Assembly (NCBI GenBank): GCA_963775955.1
Contig: CAVZKT010000002.1
Span: forward strand, 228,944 to 292,943
Origin: Candidatus Moraniibacteriota bacterium
Lineage (GTDB): Bacteria; Patescibacteriota; Minisyncoccia; Moranbacterales; UBA2206
DNA: 64,000 nucleotides
Direction: 5' to 3'
A program made the position numbers and the translations under genes. Shown here one piece after another: positions 40,236 to 48,207 of this stretch. How positions within the stretch are numbered: the first letter of the stretch is position 1; each line of letters starts with the position of its first letter. Below the pieces are notes generated by a model. That model saw only the letters and a list, made by a program, of their open reading frames with translations. It was not told the DNA's origin and did not search any database.

Positions 40236-40535
40236 AAAAACTCCTCATCCTCACCGCACAATTAAAAATTGTGCGAAAGGACGAAGAGTTTTTGTTTTAC
40301 TTCGTGATGCCACCTTTCTTTTGGAAACAAAAAATCTGCCGTGGCAGACCAGTTTCCACTCATCGACTCAGGCTTCTGATAAAATCAGAACGATATCGAT
40401 TATCCTATGATTACGGAGGATGCCGGATTTCCACTATTGCAGAAACCGCCTTGTCCGAAGCTTTATCGGACTAATCCAGACCCAGCCCTCCGAACATTCG
40501 GAGGATCCAGACTTAGGCTTTGTTATTTTTAAAGT
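40236..40535 (-). promoter_or_regulatory. T-box riboswitch leader (antiterminator/terminator resolved; Stem I/specifier not resolved)
   Basis: Minus-strand RNA: GAAAGG-UGGCAUC-ACGAAG-loop-CUUCGU-CCUUUC (40318-40275) is the canonical antiterminator with a 7-nt UGGN bulge. GGUGGCAUCACG matches the consensus GGUGGNACCRCG. The competing terminator is AACUCUUCGUCCU / AGGAUGAGGAGUU followed by UUUUU (40290-40236). The Stem III-like hairpin GGAAAC...GUUUCC lies just upstream. Confidence 0.75.
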
Positions 40536-40541
40536 ATTTGT

Positions 40542-40569
40542 AGTATAGCAGACACAAAAAAGTTGTCAA
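40542..40569 (-). promoter_or_regulatory. Promoter for the T-box operon (TTGACA-16-TATACT on minus strand)
   Basis: Plus-strand AGTATA at 40542-40547 and TGTCAA at 40564-40569. Confidence 0.6.
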
Positions 40570-40687
40570 TAGCCGTCTGTGGATAAGCTGATTTAAAAAA
40601 ATTCAGGGAGGCACGCGTTAGCAATGCCTCCCTAACATTAAACTTTCTTTCCGCATCCCGGATGGTTTTCCAAGATACATCCCTCAC

Positions 40688-41437
40688 ATGATTTGGGCAC
40701 CATATCTTGGAGCGCGCATTCCGAATATGAAGGGCGTGGGAAAAATCTACAAGGCATTTTCAAATGGTAATTTTACATATTCATCTCACGCTGCTATTTT
40801 TGTTGGTTTTACGCCAGGCAATCCGCAATTGAGAGAAACATTTATAAATCCAAAATTCGGAAAAATATTTAAAATAAAAACAGACGGAGATTATATTGGC
40901 CCCGGCATTGATCATGTAGTACTGGATGGTAAAAATATAATCGATGGTTTTAAGCGTAAGGGGTATGTGACAATCGGAACAGCTGCAATGGATTGGTTTG
41001 ATCCAGAATCAGAATCTGGACAGACATTGATGGCTGACTTTGATCATTTTCTATATTCCAAAACTGATTTTTTAAGGCAAAAAGAATATGTTATTCAGAA
41101 AATTACTGAATGCAACGATAATCCAATATTTGTATTTATGAATATAGGTGAAACGCATGTTCCTTATTATTTTAAAGGGGCACCCTGGTCTAAGCACGAC
41201 AATCCCTGTGTGCCTTTTGGAAGCGATAATTCGCTTGAAAAGAGTAGTTTCAGACAGGGGAAATGCCTCGAGTTTATTGATAATAATATAAAAGAAATAC
41301 TGGATTTGTTTAAGGATGATAATATAATAATTTGTTCTGATCATGGTGATTGCTGGGGTGAAGATGGATTGTGGGAGCACGCAATTCATCATGAAAAAAC
41401 CGTAACTGTTCCGTTGCTCTTTAAGCTGGAGAAATAA
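40688..41437 (+). CDS. Alkaline-phosphatase-superfamily (sulfatase/phosphodiesterase-like) protein, apparently lacking the usual N-terminal metal/nucleophile block
   Basis: C-terminal SDHGDCWGEDGLWEHAIHH resembles the SDHG..GE.G...H motif of the superfamily. The frame is open for about 20 codons upstream with no start codon. Confidence 0.45.
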   Translation: MIWAPYLGARIPNMKGVGKIYKAFSNGNFTYSSHAAIFVGFTPGNPQLRETFINPKFGKIFKIKTDGDYIGPGIDHVVLDGKNIIDGFKRKGYVTIGTAAMDWFDPESESGQTLMADFDHFLYSKTDFLRQKEYVIQKITECNDNPIFVFMNIGETHVPYYFKGAPWSKHDNPCVPFGSDNSLEKSSFRQGKCLEFIDNNIKEILDLFKDDNIIICSDHGDCWGEDGLWEHAIHHEKTVTVPLLFKLEK

Positions 41438-41647
41438 GCATTATTATAGTAATAAACACTTCGTCAATGGCTGATTTGCTCCCTTGACTTTCGATTTTTT
41501 AAGTGTATAATTAACAAGATTTACGCATATTAGCTATGTGGAAGTCAGATGTTCTTTGACAAAAATCCTGTTTTTGACTTATGGCTAATAATGCTATATA
41601 GTTGAAATATGTTTGAAAACACTATTATGCAAAATAAAGGGGGTAAT

Positions 41648-43517
41648 ATGGAAATGAAGGAAAAAAAACAAGACGAGTTTGAGAAGTACAAGCTGGAGGT
41701 GGCTGAATCCGTAAGCGCGGTTCAGAAAAAAATCAGCGAGGAAAAGGATAGTCGCGAACTTGTTGACTTTGATAGCTATCCATCAGAAAAGCTAACGGCG
41801 GAGGTAGCTGAGGTTGTGAGAGAGTCTATCGGTGTCCAAGATGTTGGAGAAATAGGACTGTCAGTTCCACCAGCTCACATATCCGGCGATTTTGCTTTGG
41901 AGGTTTTTGATTTAGCAAAAAAGCTGGGGGAAAAACCAAATGTGCTGGCAAAGAAAATTGCTGATAGCATAAATGGGCGAGAAATGGAGTTGGTCAAGGA
42001 TGCTTCTGTGGCAGGAGCTTTTGTAAATGTGGAAACACGCAAGGAGACCCTCTACCGAGATATTCTTGCAAAAGTTCTTAAGCTCGGAGAGCGCTATGGC
42101 GAAAGTGATATCAATGCTGGCAAAGTGGCAGTCATTGATTATTCGGCTCCGAACATAGCAAAGCCTATTGGAGTCGGTCACTTAAGATCTACAATCATTG
42201 GGCAAGCTCTTGCTAATCTTTACCATGAAACTGGCTACAGCGTTATCAAGGACAATCATCTTGGTGATTGGGGCACGCAATTTGGATCACTCATTTACGC
42301 CTATAAAGAATGGGGTGATGAGAAGAAAATAGCGGAGAACCCAATTGGAGAGCTTAAGGATCTCTATGTTAAGTTTCATGCATTTTCTAAAGAGCACCCA
42401 GAGGTTAAAGATAGTGCTCGCGAGTTGTTTACGCGACTCGAGAAAAAGGATCCCGAGCTGGTAGCTCTTTGGAAGCGTTTTAGGGATTTAAGTCTCAAAG
42501 ACTTTGATCGTGTCTACAAGCAATTGGGAATCGAATTCGACACTAATATCGGTGAGAGTTATTTCACTGAACAAGCTGACAAACTGGTGGGTGAGTGTAT
42601 GACAAAGGGTTTGTGCAGAAAGGATGAAGCGTCGGAGGCTGTTGTTGTTGACCAAATGGGAGAAATTCCGTCTTTTCTATTAAGAAAGCAGGATGATTCG
42701 AGTCTGTATTTGTCGAGGGATTTAGCCACGCTTCAGTTTAGGGTCAAAGCCTTCAAGCCCGATGCTATTTTGTATGTGGTGGGCAATGAGCAGGATTTAA
42801 ACTTCAAACAACTGTTTGAATTTAGTAAGCGCGCCGAATATCTTCCAGACGGCGTGGAAACGAAACACATCGGATTTGGAATGGTCTTGAGAGACGGCAA
42901 GAAGATGTCTACCAGAAAGGGGACACTCATTGAGTTAGAAGACCTGATTGCGCAGTCTGTAGAAAAATCAAAGGAGATATTGCTCCAAAAAAATCCAGAC
43001 GCTGATCCGCAAGAATTGGAAAAAGTGGCTGAGATTGTTGGTGTCGGAGCAATCATTTACAATGATTTGCGCCAGTCGAGAGTAAAGAATATCTCTTTCG
43101 ATTGGGACAGGATGCTTGATTTGGAAGGTGGAAGCGCGGTTTATTCTCCAGTACTCATATGTTCGAATCAATTCAATTCTCAGAAAGCTAACTGAGACTT
43201 ATGGCGAAATTGATTTGAGCACTTTGGAGAAAGGAGAGATTTCTTTCACGAGCAAGAGTGAATTTGATCTTGCGAAGAAGTTAATGATGTTTCCTGCAAT
43301 CGTTGTTAAGTCGCAGGAAACTGATTCTCCTCATCATCTCTGTGTGTATTTGGAGGAATTGGCTCAGTTTTTCAACAGCTTCTACAATGAAGTATCGCTT
43401 CTCAGGACCAAAGATGCAAAGCTTCGTAATTCAAGAGTGGCTTTAAGCAAAGGTGTGGCCTTGGTGATCAAAAAAGGCCTATCTTTACTGAGTATCAAGG
43501 TTCCGGAGAAGATGTAG
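41648..43517 (+). CDS. argS: Arginine--tRNA ligase, frame broken near 43141-43146
   Basis: Class I: SAPNIAKPIGVGHLRSTIIG (HIGH variant) and KMSTRKG (KMSKS). The C-terminal DALR domain continues in track ORF 43116-43517. Removing one T in GTTTATTCTCC gives GGSAVYLQYSYVRINSIL. ATG 41648 follows AAAGGGGG. Confidence 0.85.
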
Positions 43518-43531
43518 AATGAAATAATCAC

Positions 43532-43562
43532 GGCGGTTTCCCTGAAAAGAAACCGCCTTTTT
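43532..43562 (+). terminator. Rho-independent terminator after argS
   Basis: GGCGGTTTC ... GAAACCGCC followed by TTTTT. Confidence 0.7.
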
Positions 43563-43636
43563 ATCCAAATTTAATTTTTTTCCAACTGCCAAAAAGGCGG
43601 TTTTTTGTTTTCTCAAATTTGTGCTATAATAACCTC

Positions 43637-43735
43637 ATGGTCAAGTCGAAACCCAAAAAACTCAAAAACACCTTTTCCTGGATGAATCCAAAGCTGGAAG
43701 TAAAAAAGACTGATAAATATGGGAAGGGAGTTTAA
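43637..43735 (+). pseudogene. Truncated SET-domain gene fragment (32 codons)
   Basis: MVKSKPKKLKNTFSWMNPKLEVKKTDKYGKGV* looks like the N-terminus of small bacterial SET proteins (KLEV.K....G.GVF). Compare the intact SET gene at 49000. Confidence 0.5.
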
Positions 43736-43755
43736 AAAAATGTTACTGAAAATAT

Positions 43756-43848
43756 ATGGAAAATATTTACGTTTCCCTAGATGAAGCGCGGGAAGAAATA
43801 AAAAAGAGGTGGAATGATGTTGAATTGAGAAAGAGGGTTGAAAAATGA
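43756..43848 (+). pseudogene. Truncated copy of the 48208-48984 gene (30 codons)
   Basis: MENIYVSLDEAREEIKKRWNDVELRKRVEK*. About 85 nt are near-identical at the DNA level to 48218-48300. Confidence 0.7.
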
Positions 43849-43986
43849 AATAAAGGACCTATTACTGTTAACTATACAGGCGCTTGACATTTTTTAGAAA
43901 TCTGCTAGTATACCATGAACACCAAGTCAATATGACTAGTGTCAGGCAAGTAACTTGAAAATAATGTTCTAAAAGGAGGATTTGTT

Positions 43987-45120
43987 ATGAAAAACAGGCT
44001 AATTTCCAAAGAGAGGTTAGCTAAGGCACTAGCCATAAAAGATCTCTCGGATCCAGCGAATGGAGTTCATGCGATTAACTTAGTAGTCAGTAAAATTTTT
44101 GACTATCTAACAAAAAAAGCAGGGTGGCCAAAACCGGAAATAAGAAGAGCGAGTCCTATTTCATCAGTCAAAAATGATTTTGATCGGCTGTATTTCCCAC
44201 CAGATAATCTTACTCGTTTGCCTCGCTACACGCGGTATCTTGATGAAAAAACCATATTGAGGACGCACACAACCGCCATGATACCTAATATACTCATAGA
44301 GATACGAGAAAAGGGCTTGATGGATTTCTCTGTTCTCTGTCCTGGCATATGTTATCGCAGGGATGTGGTTGACAGTAGGCATACGGGAGAAGCCTCATCA
44401 AATGGATATTTGGAGGATTAAAAAAGGCACACCAAGGCTTGAACGCAAAGCCCTCATTGATTTGATTGAGTTGGTGCTGGAAGCTGTAATTCCAGGAGCA
44501 AAATATAGGGCCAACGAGGTAAATCATCCCTACACAATAAATGGACTTGAGGTTGAGGTCCTTGTGAAGGGATATTGGCTTGAATTGCTGGAATGTGGCG
44601 AAGCGCACCCAAGGCTCCTCTCTGAGGCTGGACTTGATCCGAAAGAATACTCCGGACTGGCGATGGGTGTTGGACTTGACCGATCGGCCATGTTGTTGAA
44701 GGACATTGAGGACATAAGAATACTGCGTTCGGAAGATCCTCGTATCAAGCAACAGATGACCAATCTTAGTCATTATAAGGCAGTTTCAAAATATCCGCCC
44801 GTACGCCAAGATCTCTCCGTTTCAGTTTTGCAAGAAACAAATGAGGAAGATGTATGCGAAATAATCAAAGATGCTCTTGGTGACAATTCAGATGTTGTTG
44901 AGGAAATTACCATAATGTCGGAACAAATTACGACCGTCTTCCTGCTAAAGCAATTGAAAGGTTGGGCATAAGACCAGGACAAAAAAACATGCTGATAAGA
45001 GTTATTTTAAGATCGCATGAAAGATCCCTCACTCATAAGGAGGCCAATGAAATGAGGGACAATATTTATAGAACAATTAACCAGAGCGGTACCGAAGGTT
45101 ATCTTGCTGGCATTAAATAA
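43987..45120 (+). CDS. Single-chain PheS-like class IIc aaRS paralogue with C-terminal FDX-ACB-like domain, two frame breaks
   Basis: ILRTHTTAMIP, motif 2-like YRRDVVDSRHTGEPHQMDIW (after repair) and motif 3-like GLAMGVGLDRSAML. The C-terminus KYPPVRQDLSVSV...YDRLPAKAIERLGIRPGQKNMLIRVILRSHERSLTHKEANEMRDNIY resembles the ferredoxin-fold anticodon-binding domain. Breaks lie near 44388-44393 and 44924-44928. Strong RBS AAAGGAGG. Confidence 0.7.
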
Positions 45121-45139
45121 GGAGAAGTTCACTTTTTTA

Positions 45140-45175
45140 AAGCCATTCTTTCAAAGGAATGGCTTATTTTTTTTC
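45140..45175 (+). terminator. Rho-independent terminator
   Basis: AAGCCATTC ... GAATGGCTT followed by a long T-run. Confidence 0.75.
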
Positions 45176-45191
45176 TACAAAAATGAACACA

Positions 45192-45220
45192 TTGACATAA
45201 CCACCAATTTAGCATAGTAT
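45192..45220 (+). promoter_or_regulatory. Promoter (TTGACA-17-TAGTAT) for the peptide/rSAM operon
   Basis: Perfect -35 with a 17-nt spacer, 35 nt upstream of the small ORF. Confidence 0.55.
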
Positions 45221-45254
45221 CAATACATAATAAACTAATTATAAAATTAACAAA

Positions 45255-45371
45255 ATGGAAGAAAAAACAACCCTGAAAACCGTCCAAGAGGAATGGATGG
45301 GAGGCACAAAAGAAAATGGTCAGGAGCAACAAGAAGTTGTGGTCAGAGAATGTTCTTGCTCATTTGATTAG
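45255..45371 (+). CDS. Candidate RiPP precursor peptide (38 aa, not in ORF track)
   Basis: Hand translation: MEEKTTLKTVQEEWMGGTKENGQEQQEVVVRECSCSFD*. Lies between a promoter and a radical SAM/SPASM gene. No obvious RBS. Confidence 0.45.
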   Translation: MEEKTTLKTVQEEWMGGTKENGQEQQEVVVRECSCSFD

Positions 45372-45439
45372 CCCCAAAAAACCTAAATATAAGATAAAAA
45401 AGAAATTTTGTAATCGAAACTGTTTTTGTGTTTGAAAAA

Positions 45440-46498
45440 ATGAAAACATCACCAAAAAAATCTGAATTGCACTATGCTTTATGGGAGGTTACTCAAAAAT
45501 GCAATTTGCGATGTATACATTGTAGGGCGGATGCCTCTCCCGAAAAAGAAGAAGGGAAATTAATAGAGGGTAGGGATGCTTTCAGATTAATAGACCAGCT
45601 TAGCGAAATGGGTTGTCCAACCCTAGCGATTACCGGAGGAGAGCCGCTGCTAAGAAAGGATTTGGTTGAAATTGTAAGATATGCAACTTCGAAGAATATA
45701 CGAACAAGAATACAAAGCAATGCCCAACTTTTAACCGATGATATCGCAAGCCGACTAAAGGAGGCCGGGCTTTATTCCTACGGAGTTGGGATGGATGGGT
45801 CAACGCCTGAAATAAATGACAAAATAAGAAATAAAAGCGGAGCTTTTGACAAAGCTATTTCTGCCATCAAATTATTAAAATCAAAGGGGCTTAAAGTGCA
45901 TATTGAATTTACACTTACAAGGTTTAATTTGCATGATTTGCATAATACTCTTAATCTGCTGGAAAAATTGGGAGTCGATACCTTTTTAGCTAGAGCTGCC
46001 ATATTTACTGGTAGAGCCATGGCTAATAATGAAGCATTTAGATTATCGAAACTTGAATATAGAAAATTTCTAGAAGAGATTAGCAGGGAAAGACGGGAAA
46101 GAAAAATTACTCTAAACTGCCAGGATCCACTATATCACCTAGTTGATGACTCTATTACAAAAAAACTTAAAAATTATGGTGATATTTATTCTGGATGCGT
46201 ACTAAGCGGATGTACTGCAGGACTCAATATGGTTCATATTCATTCAAATGGAAATATTGGCATATGTACTTTTCTGCAGAACATTATTTTGGGAAATATA
46301 TTCGAAAAGCCTCTTCAAAAAATTTGGAACGAAAGACTGGATGTCCCGGAAGTAAGAAGATTGGTTAAAAGAGAGTACGAAGGAAAATGCAAATCTTGTT
46401 CTGACAGATACATCTGTGGTGGATGCAGGGCTAGATCTCTTTGTATCTCAAATAATTTATTTGGGCATGATCCTTACTGCTGGAAAAATGAAAAATAA
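45440..46498 (+). CDS. Radical SAM enzyme with C-terminal SPASM-type auxiliary cluster domain
   Basis: CNLRCIHC (CxxxCxxC), AITGGEPLL, and C-terminal Cys clusters SGCTAG...GICTF and CKSCSDRYICGGCRARS. The alternative start is GTG 45428. Confidence 0.8.
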   Translation: MKTSPKKSELHYALWEVTQKCNLRCIHCRADASPEKEEGKLIEGRDAFRLIDQLSEMGCPTLAITGGEPLLRKDLVEIVRYATSKNIRTRIQSNAQLLTDDIASRLKEAGLYSYGVGMDGSTPEINDKIRNKSGAFDKAISAIKLLKSKGLKVHIEFTLTRFNLHDLHNTLNLLEKLGVDTFLARAAIFTGRAMANNEAFRLSKLEYRKFLEEISRERRERKITLNCQDPLYHLVDDSITKKLKNYGDIYSGCVLSGCTAGLNMVHIHSNGNIGICTFLQNIILGNIFEKPLQKIWNERLDVPEVRRLVKREYEGKCKSCSDRYICGGCRARSLCISNNLFGHDPYCWKNEK

Positions 46499-46946
46499 TC
46501 TTTCTTTAAATAAAGACATTTCCATAAGAAAGTGTCAAAAAGACGACCATGCTTTTATCCATGATCTTTCCAAAAAAAACATGGAGAAATATGTAAGAAA
46601 GTATTGGGGTTCGTGGAATAGCAAAAAGTTTAAAGAAAAATTTAATATAAATAACATATCTATTGTTCAATTTGAGGGTAATTCAGTCGGTTTTTTTGAT
46701 TTGGAATTTAAAAAAAATTATTTATATTTGCACAATATCCAACTGGATAAATCAATTCAGGGTAAAGGAGTGGGAAGCTATTTGATGAAAATAATAGAGG
46801 AGAACTCAAAAAATAATAAATTTAATAAAATTAGGCTAGAGGTTTTTAAAGATAGCCCTGCAAAAAATTTTTATCTAAGTTTACATTACAAAATTACTGA
46901 AGATAACGGCACTTCAGTTACGATGGAAAAACAAATTTATACTTAA
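46488..46946 (+). CDS. GNAT family N-acetyltransferase
   Basis: IQGKGVGSYLMKIIE (QxxGxG) and NFYLSLHY. ATG 46488 overlaps the rSAM stop by 11 nt. Confidence 0.7.
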   Translation: MKNNLSLNKDISIRKCQKDDHAFIHDLSKKNMEKYVRKYWGSWNSKKFKEKFNINNISIVQFEGNSVGFFDLEFKKNYLYLHNIQLDKSIQGKGVGSYLMKIIEENSKNNKFNKIRLEVFKDSPAKNFYLSLHYKITEDNGTSVTMEKQIYT

Positions 46947-47001
46947 ATAAAAGACGCTTTGTTTTAACCAGAGCGCCTTTAATTAACATTCTCTTATTTG
47001 T

Positions 47002-48021
47002 TCAGAATGAAAAAAGTTTTTTGGCCGTGTTATAGAAAACATTTTCCATTACTGTATATCTTTTCTTCTGAAACAAGTCTTTTACAGCTCCCACTAAAGC
47101 TTTCATGGCTTGCCAATGTAGATGAATGCATCCTTTTGCCAGGCTGCCATACTTTTTGTGTTCATCTGGATCAACCCAGTGATATAGGTACTCCGTTATT
47201 AGCCTTGTTCCCAGATGGGGGTTTGTGTACAGCCGCGCCCGTATCAGATTGCATGGCTCATCTGATCCAAAAACGATTCTGGCTGGATCAAAAAATCTTA
47301 AAGCTGCCACCACGACATTATAATCAGTGGCTAGAGAAGTATCCATATAAACCTGCTCATGTCGAGATAATTCCGCGTAAATCTTTTCCAGTAAACTAGA
47401 GTGTCCAGTTGGAGAACCTAAATGGGCAAAAATAACTTTTAGCTTGGGAAAATCTTTGAGCATTTTCCAAAAATCACCTCCCATATCTATTGGTTTGGGT
47501 GGATGAAAAATAATTGGAATCCCCAGTATCTGGGCATGTTCAAGAATTTCTGGCTTGAAAAAGTCGTAGATCTTTTCTGCCGGTGGGACAGTGCTGAAGT
47601 TGTACATTTTAAGAGCGACAACACGTTCATCGGTTAGTATGTCTGTGGTATAAATAATATCATCTCCTATGCCACAAACAGCCACTTTATCCAAACAACT
47701 ACTATTTTCAAGTAAATACCTATTTGCTTTCCGGAAATCAACTCCCTGGATGGGAATCGAGAACCTTAATGCGGTTATCTCATGTCCAGGATATAAATAT
47801 CCTTGCAGATTTCTAGATTGTTCAAGACTAAACTCTGAAAATGTTGAAGCCGGATGATTCAAGATAGCATCCTTGAAGTCGGCATGCTCTGAAAGAAAAC
47901 AGTGAGCATGACAATCGATAATTTTCTCTGGCAATAATTTATGGATCTCCATTAGCTTTTTTTCCTTCTCAGTAAAAGCCAATGCATACTGCAGGCAGTT
48001 GCAATTGTTTATAGTTCTCAT
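47002..48021 (-). CDS. Amidohydrolase-2 (TIM-barrel metal-dependent hydrolase) family protein
   Basis: IIDCHAHCF near the N-terminus, FAHLG, and DEP near the C-terminus. Convergent with the GNAT gene. Confidence 0.55.
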   Translation of the reverse strand: MRTINNCNCLQYALAFTEKEKKLMEIHKLLPEKIIDCHAHCFLSEHADFKDAILNHPASTFSEFSLEQSRNLQGYLYPGHEITALRFSIPIQGVDFRKANRYLLENSSCLDKVAVCGIGDDIIYTTDILTDERVVALKMYNFSTVPPAEKIYDFFKPEILEHAQILGIPIIFHPPKPIDMGGDFWKMLKDFPKLKVIFAHLGSPTGHSSLLEKIYAELSRHEQVYMDTSLATDYNVVVAALRFFDPARIVFGSDEPCNLIRARLYTNPHLGTRLITEYLYHWVDPDEHKKYGSLAKGCIHLHWQAMKALVGAVKDLFQKKRYTVMENVFYNTAKKLFSF

Positions 48022-48207
48022 TTTATCAGTACCTCCAAAAGATAGGTGCTACAAATGCGATAATCATCCAGTTTCGTGTTAACATCCGGCACCTCCTTAT
48101 TTTTAAGTTTTTAAAAAACTGCTTCATTAACGATCTCCAACCCTCGATATATTAGTGTACATCTAATTCCGCTTTTGTCAAATGTTTTTTTGTGCTATAA
48201 TAATTTC

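Noticed and set aside
45129-45332. 67-aa minus-strand track ORF overlapping the candidate precursor peptide.
   Set aside because: It runs antisense through a plus-strand terminator and promoter. It has no RBS and a low-complexity hydrophobic composition. The plus-strand promoter-peptide-rSAM arrangement explains the region better.
40688-46498. The idea that the radical SAM/SPASM enzyme is an anaerobic sulfatase-maturating enzyme for the alkaline-phosphatase-superfamily protein at 40688.
   Set aside because: That protein shows no C/S-x-P-x-R sulfatase signature (the nearest segment reads YSSHAAIFVGFTPG). It lacks the N-terminal block, is 4 kb away, and is separated by argS, gene fragments and two terminators.
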